Source: Macrostomum lignano (taxonomy: Eukaryota). From it: a DNA stretch of 64,000 nucleotides. This document shows positions 52,218 to 64,000 of this stretch, one piece after another. The stretch is taken from the NCBI GenBank assembly GCA_002269645.1, contig NIVC01001331.1, forward strand, positions 248,182-312,181, in the 5' to 3' direction. Position numbers and translations under genes: made by a program. The notes beneath the pieces were generated by a model. That model saw only the letters and a list, made by a program, of their open reading frames with translations. It ran no database searches and was not told the DNA's origin. How positions within the stretch are numbered: the first letter of the stretch is position 1; the number at the start of each line of letters is the position of its first letter.

Positions 52218-52480
52218 CTTCCAATCCAGGTGTGTATCCAGAGGTCCCTGGTAGATTTTCGAGGACTGTAGACCTACTTCCAATCCAGGTGTGTATCTAG
52301 AGGTCTTTGGTGGATTTTTGAGGACCTGATTCCAATCCAGGTGTGTATCCAGAGGTCCCTGGTAGATTTTCGAGGACTGCAGACCTGCATCTAATCTAAG
52401 GTGTGTATTTAGAGGTCCCTGTCGATTTTTTAGAACTGTAGACCTGCATCTAATCCAAAGTGTGTATTTAAAGGTCCCTG
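52218..52480 (+). repeat. ~60-66-bp tandem repeat TTCCAATCCAGGTGTGTATCCAGAGGTCCCTGGTAGATTTTCGAGGACTGTAGACC
   Basis: About 4 diverged units. Confidence 0.85.
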
Positions 52481-53004
52481 ATAGATTTCTAATAGGCTCG
52501 AGTCTGCTTCCAGTCGATACAGAGGTCCGTGGCCGCGGATTCAGAGCTGAGAAAAGTCTGAAGCTTTGTCAGCTGAGGATAGTCAGCTCTCCCCAACTCA
52601 AAGCAACGTGAGAAGGTCAAAGAGCCCACGCGTCAACTCGCACTGCTCACAAGTCGACCCCGCCTCCTCCCTCCCAAAGCGAAGCTCCCAGGTGCAGTTC
52701 CGTCGAGAGCTGGCGCCCAAGGATCCCGTGTGACAGTTGCGGTGGTTGACAAGTTTGCTACAGAAATACCCCCCCCCCTCTCAATGCCCCCTCTTGATCG
52801 CTTATTTCTTCTCCTCCGTAGCTCAGACGCTCGCTTCTATTCTTGCATATTTTTTAATTCTCTTGACTCATACGAGCCGTAGATAAATAGTGTGTCATTA
52901 GCAAACTTGGGGCACAGAATTGGCATCAGAATTGTGTGTGTCCTGAAATTCGTCTGAATATTCTGAATTTTAGCTGAATGCCTTCAAATTTGTCTGAATC
53001 TTCT

Positions 53005-53308
53005 ATTAATAATAATTATTAATTGATTACACCTGCCCTATTGGGCAGATGCGCAACCGACAGCTCAGCCGCAGCTATTGCGCGGCGCATCTGAAGGCTG
53101 CGTACGGCTGTTCAGTCCAAGGACTGGGGGGTCGCCACACGCACCCTCAATTACCCCAGCTAATGCTGGCACCCATTTTACAGCTGGGTGAACTGAAGCA
53201 ATGCAGAGTTAAGCGTCTTGCTCAAGGACACAAACTGTTCTAGAGGGATAGGGAATCGAACCCCCGACCTTCAAGTCGTGAGTCCGACGCTCTAACCACT
53301 AGGCTACA
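53005..53308 (-). mobile_element. tRNA-derived CORE-like SINE, copy 2, inserted in a TCTGAATCTTCTGAAAT array
   Basis: Minus strand reads GTAGCCTAGTGGTTAGAGCGTCGGACTCACGAC...GGTTCGATTCCC...TGTGTCCTTGAGCAAGACGCTTAAC...CAGCTGTAAAATGGG with an (ATT)-rich tail. TCTGAATCTTCT on both flanks. Confidence 0.9.
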
Positions 53309-53324
53309 ACCCCATAGGCTACAA

Positions 53325-53500
53325 CTTTCTGAATCTTCTGAAATTTGTCTGAATCTTCTGAAATGCATCTGAATCTTCTGAAATGCATCTGAATCTTCTG
53401 AAATGAATCTGAATCTTCTGAAATGCATCTGAATCTTCTGAAATTTGTCTGAATGTCCTGAAGTTCATCTGAATCTTCTAAGTTTTGTCAGAATATTCTA
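53325..53500 (+). repeat. 20-bp minisatellite TCTGAATCTTCTGAAATGCA
   Basis: About 8 units. Related units at 52945-53003 on the other side of the SINE. Confidence 0.9.
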
Positions 53501-53662
53501 ATCTTCCAAAATGTTTTTTTAATTCGAGCTCGTGATCTTTGAACGCTCAATAAGCAACAAAAATTAGTCATAGATTAGAAATAAGGAAAAACGCTATTTT
53601 GACTACTTACAGCCACTGCAGTCTAGAATTCAGTTTCACGCTTGAAACCTCACACCCGGCAG

Positions 53663-53846
53663 GCAGCCGATCCCGGATCACTACGTGCTGCAGCTGACCC
53701 GACGGTCCAATATTCTCAACCGGGTGCAGCGGATCTCCTGCGCCAACCGGAAGAACCTCAGCCCGACCTCGGACCGCTGTCCGGCCGACTACGGGCCAGA
53801 CGAGCAGTACTACGTGCGCCGGCTGAACAGCCCCTGCTCCAGACAG
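53663..53846 (+). CDS. Gene 2 exon H
   Basis: CACACCCGGCAG|G, reads QPIPDHYVLQLTRRSNILNRVQRISCANRKNLSPTSDRCPADYGPDEQYYVRRLNSPCSRQ, donor CAG|GTGAGG, phase 2-0. Confidence 0.88.
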
Positions 53847-53880
53847 GTGAGGGAGAACTCCACAAGCCGCATCAATTTGG

Positions 53881-53936
53881 GGCACAGAGTGTGTACATGT
53901 CTGACGATTAGAAAGTCAGGGCTGATGTACACCCTG
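53881..53936 (-). repeat. Dispersed repeat family, copy matching 4081-4140
   Basis: About 96% identical in reverse complement. Confidence 0.8.
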
Positions 53937-54117
53937 CGTGAGCTGTGTGTACGAGTGAATTCCTGCGCAAAGTATTTGGGCAGAATTGCCTCAGCTGCTG
54001 GTTGTTCGCACAGCTCGATGCCAAGTTTGACGAAGCAGTTTAGAAATGAAAAAATGCAAAATAATAGCAGTAGAATATGCGGAGCACTTTGACAATATGA
54101 CAGTGGCTCTTTATGAT

Positions 54118-54700
54118 TCAAAATGGCACCAAAATGGTACAAAATGGCACCAATATGGTACAAAATGGCACCAAATTGGTACAAAATGCCACTAGTATGG
54201 TACAAAATGGCACTAATATGGTACAAAATGGCACTAATATGGTTAAAAATGGCACTAATATGGTACAAAATGGCACCAAATTGGTACAAAATGGCACTAA
54301 TATGGTACAAAATGGCACTAATATGGTACAAAATGGCACTAATATGGTACAAAATGGCACCAAAATGGTACAAAATGCCACTAGTATGGTACAAAATGGC
54401 ACTAATATGGTACAAAATGGCACCAAATTGGTACAAAATGGCACTAATATGGTTAAAAAATGGCACTAATATGGTACAAAATGTCACCAAATTGGTACAA
54501 AATGGCACCAAATTGGTACAAAATGGCACTAATATGGTACAAAATGGCACTAATATGGTACAAAATGGCACCAAATTGGTACAAAATGGCACTAATATGG
54601 TTAAAAAATGGCACTAATATGGTACAAAATGGCACCAAATTGGTACAAAATGGCACTAATACGGTTAAAAAATGGCACCAACATGGTACAAAATGGCACC
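54118..54700 (+). repeat. 21-bp minisatellite ATGGTACAAAATGGCACTAAT
   Basis: About 27 units. Confidence 0.96.
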
Positions 54701-55321
54701 AATATACTAAGTGTCCTAAAGGCACACTGAAGTTCGAAAATAAACAAATGATTTGCAAATGACGAACACAATTGACTTCTTGCTAAGAATGCCATAAAAT
54801 CGCTGAACAAAATCGCTCGGGACACCCCAGAACTACGAGTTCATCAGGTTCAGTGAGTTCGGCGAGTACAATCCATACCGGGTTGGCTCCGAGGTAAAAC
54901 AAATGCAATCAATTATTTTTATTTGCTACAAAAAATCTGTCTAGCATTATCGGAGACCGGGGCTTCTCAATGCATTATTTTTTTGCTGGTAATTGTATTC
55001 ATACTGGTGATTTATTGAATTTTCCTATGTGTTGTTGGTGCGGAAAACTTTGGTATCAAAGTGAAAAGACATTTTCAACTGGTTAGGGGTTTAAAAATTC
55101 CAATCTTTAAAGTTTATATATAGCTATATGGATTTTTATTCGCTCCCACGGTTCACGGTTCGCTATCCCGAATAATGCTATACAATTTGTAATCTAAATG
55201 TCTGAGAGTACAGCATTTTGTGTCATTTTTAACAGATATTATTGGCATGGTTTGTTCCTACTTACTTATAGTAGGACTGCACGGACATTGAAACTTAATT
55301 GATTCGTTATTTTTCTATCAG

Positions 55322-55514
55322 GATCAAATCGGCTTCTACATGGAGCCAAATCTCAACAATTTTTACTGCGGACAAACCACGGAGCTGCTAGCCAGGGTCT
55401 TCAACATGACCAACTTTGAGGAGCTCACGCCGCCGATCTTCGCTGATGACTGCGCGCACGCGGCAGCCAAGTGCCTCGCCTGCCAGAACCAGAAGGAGGA
55501 CAAGTGCCAGCAGC
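55322..55514 (+). CDS. Gene 2 exon I (Cys-rich)
   Basis: TTTTCTATCAG|, reads DQIGFYMEPNLNNFYCGQTTELLARVFNMTNFEELTPPIFADDCAHAAAKCLACQNQKEDKCQQ, donor C|GTGAGG, phase 0-1. Confidence 0.9.
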
Positions 55515-55584
55515 GTGAGGGACCAGCTGGTGTTGGCTGACTGCCTGACAGTTGTGTTGATCTGGTGGCTTTCAGGTGGCTGAG

Positions 55585-56376
55585 TGCTGGATCACTGAGG
55601 GATCTGTGAAGGGTGCTGGATCACTGAAGGATCTGTTAGGAAAGTGTGCTGGATCACTGAGGGATCTGTGAAGGGTGCTGGATCACTGAAGGATCTGTTA
55701 GGAAAGTGTGCTGGATCACTGAGGGATCTGTGAAGGGTGCTGGATCACTGAGGGATCCGTGAAGTGTGCTGGATCACTGAGGGATCCGTGAAGTGTGCTG
55801 GATCACTGAGGGATCCGTGAAGTGTGCTGGATCACTGAGGGATCTGTGAAGTGTGCTGGATCACTGAGGATCTGTGAAGTGTGCTGGATCACTGAGGATC
55901 TGTGAAGTGTGCTGGATCACTGAGGGATCTGTGAAGGGTGCTGGATCACTGAGGGATCTGTGAGGGAAGTGTGCTGGATCACTGAGGGATCCGTGAAGTG
56001 TGCTGGATCACTGAGGATCTGAGAGGGAAGTGTGCTGGATCACTGAGGATCTGAGAGGGAAGTGTGCTGGATCACTGATGGATCTGAGAGGGAAGTGTGC
56101 TGGATCACTGAGGGATCTGAGAGGGAAGTGTGCTGGATCACTGAGGATCTGAGAGGGAAGTGTGCTGGATCACTGAGGATCTGAGAGGGAAGTGTGCTGG
56201 ATCACTGAGGATCTGAGAGGGAAGTGTGCTGGATCACTGATGGATCTGAGAGGGAAGTGTGCTGGATCACTGAGGATCTGAGAGGGAAGTGTGCTGGATC
56301 ACTGAGGATCTGAGAGGGAAGTGTGCTGGATCACTGAGGATCTGAGAGGGAAGTGTGCTGGATCACTGATGGATCT
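55585..56376 (+). repeat. ~28-33-bp minisatellite GTGTGCTGGATCACTGAGGATCTGAGAGGGAA
   Basis: About 25 variant units, filling the I-J intron. Confidence 0.96.
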
Positions 56377-56464
56377 GTAAAGAGAAAAGTTGCAAAGTGT
56401 AGTTAAAAAAATACGACTAAAATAGAAAAATTACAATAGGAATTAATAATTTTCTGCTCCACAG

Positions 56465-56569
56465 CCGGCCTGGGCGTCTCCTGCTGCAAGCTGGAGTGCT
56501 TCAGCTCCCTGGCCTGCAGCAGCTTCTACAGAGAGACTTGCATGAAAGTGGAGCCAGTCTGCGCCAGGG
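56465..56569 (+). CDS. Gene 2 exon J (Cys-rich)
   Basis: TTCTGCTCCACAG|, reads (P)GLGVSCCKLECFSSLACSSFYRETCMKVEPVCAR, donor G|GTGAGC, phase 1-1. Confidence 0.9.
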
Positions 56570-56762
56570 GTGAGCGAGGCCTCTTCTGATGCGTTTGATT
56601 TTCAATTCAGTTCACTGCCTTCACTACTTAGCTACTATAAGTAGCTGATAAAAAATCACTAGAGATACACAAGACTAGAAGTGAGGCCAGTCACAAGGCA
56701 TGGAGAGCGTACACACTCATGAGGATTGTAGCCTAGCCTAGGGTTGTAGCCTAGTAGAGGGC

Positions 56763-57056
56763 TGTAGCCTAGTGGTTAGAGCGTCGGACTCACGACTTGA
56801 AGGTCGGGGGTTCGATTCCTGATTCCACTGGAACAATTTGTGTTTTTGATCAAGACACTTAAATCTGCATAGCTTCAGTTCACCCAGCTGTAAAATGGGT
56901 GCCAACATTAGCTGGGGTAATTGAGGGTGTGTGGCGACCCACCCCAGTCCTTGGACTGAACAGCCGTACGCAGCCTTCAGATGCGCCGCGCAATAGCTGC
57001 GGCTGAGCTGTCGGTTGCACATCTGCCCAATAGGGCAGGTGTATTCAATTATTATT
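56763..57056 (+). mobile_element. tRNA-derived CORE-like SINE, copy 3
   Basis: Same head, core and tail as copy 2 (roughly 90% identical by eye), ending TAGGGCAGGTGTATTCAATTATTATT. Confidence 0.9.
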
Positions 57057-57789
57057 CCTTTTCTTTGTTGCCAACTCAGATTGCTACAAAAATTGTACAT
57101 TAACTAAAACTTTCGTCGCTTAACTTAGCCAAGCATTTAATGCATGTTTAGACTACTTAGTAAGTAGTGAAACTGGTGTGTTAGTTCGTACGTTTAGCAA
57201 AACCCGCTCTAATAACCGGGGAATCCATGGGGAACCAATGCACGATCCCGTCTCCATCCCCTGTGTCAGGCTCCGACATCTCTGTCAATATTAGACGCAA
57301 TTATTCATTAGGCGGAGCCCTTTTGATCATTTTTAACAGAAGAGTAGTGAGGAGAATTCTTCGAAAATATTGCCTTGCTTGTAATAATCTCTTCTCATTA
57401 GTGAAGCAGTAAAAATCCATTGAAGCAGTGATTCAGATCTATGCCTTTTTTCATTTTTGCGCTTAGGGAAATCAAATCCCACGATTTTGTTCTGTCTCTA
57501 ATCCTCTAGGACTAAGGCTCGGCGAGGTGTTGAGAGACAAAATAATCGAAGGGATTAAAGCCATCTCTGTAAGGAACCACCGTCTTTCTTAATATGCCCT
57601 CCACTGGCTGAAAAAGCGGGCGTTGGGTGACCCTTGTGCGGACTGGTGCCAGAACATGGAGTTCTAGATTATAGATATCTGGAAAGGAAACTGCCGAATA
57701 GATCCATGAGCTCTAGCCCTAAATATTTACTATGTACAAAAAGCTGCTGATTAAACCAAGTCATGGAGTTCTTAACTTAATGTCTAGAG

Positions 57790-58560
57790 AGGTAAACTAC
57801 CCCACATGACAGTCCAAGTCATGAAGTTATTACTTTATTAAAGTCTAAAGAGGGAAACTACTAGTCCAAGTCATGGAGTTCTTAACTTATTGGAGTCTAG
57901 AGAGGGAAACTACTAGTCCAAGTCATGGAGTTCTTAACTTATTGGAGTCTAGAGAGGGAAACTACTAGTCCAAGTCATGGAGTTCTTAACTTATTGGAGT
58001 CTAGAGAGGGAAACTACTAGTCCAAGTCATGGAGTTCTTAACTTATTGGAGTCTAGAGAGGGAAACTACTAGTCCAAGTCATGGAGTTCTTAACTTATTG
58101 GAGTCTAGAGAGGGAAACTACTAGTCCAAGTCATGGAGTTCTTAACTTATTGGAGTCTAGAGAGGGAAACTACTAGTCCAAGTCATGGAGTTCTTAACTT
58201 ATTGGAGTCTAGAGAGGGAAACTACTAGTCCAAGTCATGGAGTTCTTAACTTATTGGAGTCTAGAGAGGGAAACTACTAGTCCAAGTCATGGAGTTCTTA
58301 ACTTATTGGAGTCTAGAGAGGGAAACTACGAGTCCAAGTCATGGAGTTCTTAATTTATTTAAATCTGGAGAGAGAAACTACAAGCCCAATTCATGGAGTT
58401 CTTAACTTATTAGTCTAGAAAATACTAGTGCAAGTCATTGAGCTCTTAACTCAGAGTCTAGAGAGGGAAACTACGAGTCTAATTCATGGAGTTCTCAACT
58501 TATTAGAGTCTAGAGAGAGAAACAAGTTCAACCCATGGAATTATTATCAGATATTAGAAT
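57790..58560 (+). repeat. 52-bp minisatellite TAGTCCAAGTCATGGAGTTCTTAACTTATTGGAGTCTAGAGAGGGAAACTAC
   Basis: About 10 perfect units with degenerate flanks. Confidence 0.97.
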
Positions 58561-59206
58561 CTGGAGAGGAAACTACGACAGCAAGCATGGAAGCCTATGC
58601 ATTATAATCCGGAGTAAAAACTCTGATAAAATGATAAAATATTTAAACAACGAACTGACCTTGAAGAACTCCCGTTTTTTAGGCTATAAAATACAATCCA
58701 ATTATCCATTGCGTCAGTTGGACAATGAGTCCATATTTTTCTCGTAAAAATCCCTAATTGGGAATTTTTTCAGACAAATTTTGCATTACGAGGAAATTTA
58801 TTTGCGCTGAATCAATTTAGCCGAATTGGTATCTCCCTAGCAGGCTATAAACATATGCGAAGTAGTTTTGCAGACAATAATTCAATTTGAGCATATGGCT
58901 GATGAGATTAAGGCTTAAGCTGGCAATCAGCAAGACAGCCCCGCCCCCCACGGCCCACAAACCCGCGATTAACAGCTTAGGAGTTGTCGTCAGGAGGACG
59001 GATTAGCGTCTAATCAAATCTGTTTGCAAGAGTAGCGCTGCTCTTACAGGCCGCTGAGTTCGGAAGAGGCGAACAGAGATGGAATTTAATTTCAGACCAA
59101 TTTAGATTCGTACATTGCTTTGATCTAATCTGCTTCTGCGATTGCAATTGAAGTGAAACTTTTTTACGAGCCGAACTAAGAGTTTGCTTACCTAACAAAC
59201 CTGCAG

Positions 59207-59555
59207 GCGACGTGGACCGGTTCGTTCTCACGCCAACATTTGACGGCTTCTCGCACGCCAACAGGACCTATTTCCTGTGTCACGTGACCTACGAGCCCCC
59301 GGACCAGCTGTACAGCATTGGCTACAACGTCAGCCTGGCCGGCGACGGGGACGCGGCGGAGTGGCGCGGCGACACCCTGTGGCAGCGGGTGCCATCGGCG
59401 AACGCCAGCTTCCACCGGCGGGGCAGCGTGGACTTCGGGCCGCTGAGGGTGACGCACGACGCTGAGATCGACCTGCCGCAGGACTACATTGTGCACGGCA
59501 GCCTGTGGCAGCAGCGGCAGCGGACCATGGCAAATCTTACTGTGCACCAGCTCAG
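59207..59555 (+). CDS. Gene 2 exon K (beta-rich, N-glycosylated)
   Basis: AACCTGCAG|, reads (G)DVDRFVLTPTFDGFSHANRTYFLCHVTYEPPDQLYSIGYNVS...MANLTVHQL(R), donor AG|GTAAGG, phase 1-2. Confidence 0.92.
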
Positions 59556-59754
59556 GTAAGGACTGAGGAGAATCGGGGGGGGGAGTTCATCTTGAAAGAT
59601 TTGAAGCCGTCACTAGAATCATAGAGAAGGTTTTCTAGAACTAATGAACAAAAATTTATTCTAAAGTCTAAAAGTTTTCAGAATGTTGTCCGAGGTCAGA
59701 TTATTCAAAATCAGTAGGTTATCAATTATCAGCTTAGCCAAGGTCAGAATATTA

Positions 59755-59940
59755 TCCAGGGTCAGAAGATTATCCAGGGTCAAAAGGTCATCTAGGGTCA
59801 AAAAGGTCATCCAGGATCAAAAGGTCTTCCAGGATCTAAAGGTCATCCAGGGTCAAAAGGTCATCCAGGATCAAAAGGTCATCCAGGGTCAAAAAGTCAT
59901 ACAGGATTATTAAAAGGTTATTCAGGGTCAAAAGGTTATC
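59755..59940 (+). repeat. 18-bp degenerate array GGTCAAAAGGTCATCCAG
   Basis: About 10 units, ending about 45 bp before exon L. Confidence 0.85.
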
Positions 59941-59988
59941 CACGGTTTCCAAGCCATTTTAGTACGCAGCCGTCTCCCACGTGCGCAG

Positions 59989-60269
59989 GTCGGACACGGA
60001 GCCCATGAACGGCACAATCCGAGTTGAGACGCCGCTGTCGGGCTCGCCCTATTACACAGCGGTTGTCCAGGTGCGCCGGCCGTTCGACGTGTCCTCGGCT
60101 AACTGGCTCAGCCACCACTGCCACATGAACAGCTCCCTGCTGACACCGGCGGACAAGATCTACGCCGACAAGGGTCAGCTCATTGACCAGGAGATGCCGG
60201 TAGCCAAGGACGGAGTGTTTTATTACACCCTGCAGTCCGGCTACCTGGCCATTGAGATTCAAATACCCG
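59989..60269 (+). CDS. Gene 2 exon L (gene continues beyond the last exon found)
   Basis: CACGTGCGCAG|G, reads SDTEPMNGTIRVETPLSGSPYYTAVVQVRRPF...YYTLQSGYLAIEIQIP, donor G|GTAAGG phase 1. No convincing next exon before 64000. Confidence 0.92.
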
Positions 60270-60361
60270 GTAAGGGACTTCATTTAGTGACTTGAGATCA
60301 GCTAGGTTGCGAGGTCTTCTTCAGTTTAGAGGTAATCTGGGATTGTGAGCAGTCACTTGAG

Positions 60362-61420
60362 ATCATGGGGGTCATCTGGGATCATGAGGGTCATCTGGGA
60401 CCATGGGGGTCATCTGGGATCATGAGGTCATCTATGATCGTGGGGTCATCTGGGATCATTGGTTTATCTGGGATCATGGGGGTCATCAGGGATCGTGGGG
60501 TCCTCTGGGATAATGGGGTCATCTGGGATAATGGGGTCATCTGGGATCATGGGGTCATCTGGGATCATGGGGGTCATCAGGGATCGTGGGGTCCTCTGGG
60601 ATAATGGGGTCATCTGGGATAATGGGGTCATCTGGGATCATGGGGTCATCTGGGATCATGGGTTCATCTGGGATCATGGGTTCATCTGGGATCATGGGGG
60701 TCATCTGGGATCATGGGGGTCATCTATGATCGTGGGGTCATCTGGGATCATGAGGGTCATCTGGGATCATGAGGTCATCTATGATCGTGGGGTCATCTGG
60801 TATCATTGGTTTATCTGGGATAATGGGGTCATCTGGGATCAATGGAGTCATCTGGGATCATGGGGGTCATCTATGATCGTGGGGTCATCTGGGATCAATG
60901 GAGTCATCTGGGATCATGGGGGTCATCTATGATCGTGGGGTCATCTGGGATCATGGGGTCATTTATGATCGTGGGTCATCTATGATCTGGGATCAATGGA
61001 GTCATCTGGGATCATGGGGGTCATCTGGGATCATGGGGTCATCTGGGATCGTGGGTCATCTATGATCTGGGATCAATGGAGTCATCTGGGATCATGGGGT
61101 CATCTGGGATCATGGGGGTCATCTGGGATCATGGGGTCATCTGGGATCAATGGAGTCATCTGGGATCATGGGGGTCATCTATGATCGTGGGGTCATCTAT
61201 GATCTGCGATCAATGGAGTCATCTGGGATCATGGGGGTCATCTGGGATCATGGGGGTCATCTGGGATCATGGGGTCATCTGGGATCAATGGAGTCATCTG
61301 GGATCATGGGGGTCATCTATGATCGTGGGGTCATCTATGATCTGCGATCAATGGAGTCATCTGCGATCATGGGGGTCATCTATGATCGTGGGGTCATCTG
61401 GGATCAATGGAGGTCATCGA
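60362..61420 (+). repeat. 18-19-bp minisatellite GGGGTCATCTGGGATCAT
   Basis: About 55 variant units. Confidence 0.96.
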
Positions 61421-62476
61421 GGGATCTCGGGGAGGGGTCATCCAGAGGTTCATGATACTTTGAAGCCACCTCACTGTGCCCTGGAGTACTATTGTGTACT
61501 GACTAAAAATGATGTTGATTGGAAATCCAGGCAGAGCTCATTGACATGAAGTGCATTCGAACTCGATCCCCTAGTGCTACAGTACAAGGGAGCGATTTAC
61601 TTTTCCTTAAATCGCCCCCCCCCCAAAAAAAGAATCAAAGAATCGAGGACTTGAGTAGCCTCCGACCCTGCTCCAGCAATTATCCTGGCGGCCAAGCCAA
61701 GTGGAGGGGGTCCACAGGAGCCAGATGGAGACACGAAGACTCTGGCCGGCATCAACTGGACAGAAATTCTACAAAGTACTGCAGCGGAGAGGATTGAGGG
61801 GGGGGGAGAGATTTCCCTGTCTGTCTCTCCTCCCAGGCTGAACCGGGATCCAGGAGGCTAGTAGAGGGGGGGGGCAGCGGGGTCGCGCAGTTTAGCCCAA
61901 TCTAATTATGCAAACTAGGTGCGATGAAATTAGAGAAATCCCATTTCTAATTTTCTTATTTTCTCCATTTCAAGCCGGCCAGCCCTGTCGGGGGGGGGGG
62001 AGAACTGTTGGAGCAGAAGCGAAAGTGAAAACCAGGGAGTCTGGCGTGGGTTGGGGAAGGAAGGAAGAGCAAAGTCGCAGTTGCAGCATATTCCCCCTAG
62101 TCTCTTACTCACAACTATCCCCAGCTTTAATTTTCAAACAAGCGAAGGCCCTGGATGGATGGGAGATGTCGATTGACTGTCGGTTGGTCTGTCAGTTGCG
62201 CTTCGGTGAGCTCGTCTGGCCTCCAGTAAGCCTTTCTTGGCTACCGCTGACTACTCAGATCCTGGTCTGAGCACGGGCTCAAGCCTGGAAAGTGCTTAAA
62301 GAAATGCAACCGCATTTCGAGTATCAATTCGACTCTAGAGCTGTTCTAACTAATTAAACCTAGCTTTAGAAATCTGTACTTGCGGCTAGACCCGAGACAG
62401 ATAACCTACTGCAGTTCTGCAAAAAAAGTGTTTATTTGACTTAAAAGCTATTTTACGCTAACTTCTGTGTGTAGCA

Positions 62477-62972
62477 GACCATAAACACTAGCTGGCCATA
62501 GACACTTCCATACCATAAACACTAGCTGGTCATAGACACTTCCATACCATAAATACTAGCTGGCCATAGACACTTCCATACCATAAACACTAGCTGGCCA
62601 TAGACACTTCCATACCATAAACACTAGCTGGCCATAGACACTTCCATACCATAAACACTAGCTGGCCATAGACACTTCCATACCATAAACACTAGCTGGT
62701 CATAGACACTTCCATACCATAAATACTAGCTGGCCATAGACACTTCCATACCATAAACACTAGCTGGTCATAGACACTTCCATACCATAAATACTAGCTG
62801 GCCATAGACACTTCCATACCATAAACACTAGCTGGCCATAGACACTTCCATACCATAAACACTAGCTGGTCATAGACCCTTCCATACCATAAACACTAGC
62901 TGGCCATAGACACTAACAGGCCATAAACACTAGCTGGCCATAGACACTAACAGGCCATAAACACTAGCTGGT
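62477..62972 (+). repeat. 34-bp minisatellite CCATAAACACTAGCTGGCCATAGACACTTCCATA
   Basis: About 14 units. Confidence 0.97.
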
Positions 62973-63557
62973 CAAAGAAAGTGAATTTCTCTATCGGAGC
63001 ATGAAAAACTCTTAGTAAAAAAATTGAAGCAATTTTTTTATTTTTACACAGATTCCACAATACTTAAACTTTGTTATGAGCTCGAGAAACTGGAACGAAC
63101 TTCTTGAAGTTGACGAAGCTATTTTTTGGCATGACCTGAAAATCTACTCCGGTGATCCTTCTCCATTCATAACTGCTAATTAATCCCAGAATTCTGCGCT
63201 GACAATGGCGCAGAAAAATTTCTGTGTGGGCAGCGAATCATTTAATTATTCGCGGGCTGGAACCGCATTGTCTGCATTCATATTGTACTCAGCAATATTG
63301 GGGCCTCAGTTCTCCTATCGACACTGCATCCATTCCTCAGAGAAATTTCTATATAAAATATAGAAAAATTAAATAGAGAAATTGCGAAAATCGTCTTTCG
63401 CTAACTGGTTTGTTGAACAATAAAACAAACATTTTTTGAGTTCCTCGCGACAACTGAACACAATTCCTCCCTCTACATCAATTGTTCTCAGCTGTCCTTA
63501 CTTTGCTATCTCTTTCTGATTATTTTCTGATCTCTCTCTTTCTCTCTCTCTCTGAAC

Positions 63558-63982
<425 letters not shown>

Positions 63983-64000
63983 GATCTGTTTCTAATCTCG

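Noticed and set aside
56480-56530. CC-x3-C motif resembling an insulin A chain
   Set aside because: The next Cys follows after 5 residues rather than 8, and there is no B-chain motif or dibasic framing.
61972-62270. Candidate next exon after L (TTTCAAG|CC GGC CAG..., phase 1, open frame)
   Set aside because: Contains a G11 run, lacks the GC3 bias of the other exons, has no convincing donor and the peptide looks low-information.

Overview
Animal genomic DNA, all recognisable genes on the + strand. GC3-rich exons, dense minisatellites and a TTAGGG-type repeat suggest a repeat-rich invertebrate such as a free-living flatworm (inference only). Gene 1 (1115-2381+) is a compact, AT-rich, 4-5 exon gene for a ~225+ aa type I membrane protein. 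Gene 2 (first ATG 11331, continuing past 60269) was assembled by hand from 13 phase-consistent GT-AG exons, 2131 nt, >=710 aa. It encodes a signal peptide, an EGF/EB-like module, a calcium-binding EGF, two TNFR-type Cys repeats, a polybasic furin-like site, and a long Cys-rich, N-glycosylated region I do not recognise. The introns contain about 40 tandem arrays (units 2-66 bp), three tRNA-derived CORE-like SINEs, MITE-like or palindromic elements and an interstitial telomeric tract. All long ORFs in the supplied track are by-products of stop-free repeats. Main unexplained patterns: arrays sit right against the exons, arrays of different period share core motifs (GCCATAGAC, GTGACAG, GGCGCC), and several arrays are bordered by an inverted copy of part of their own unit. 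Exon coordinates were counted by hand; array boundaries are approximate.
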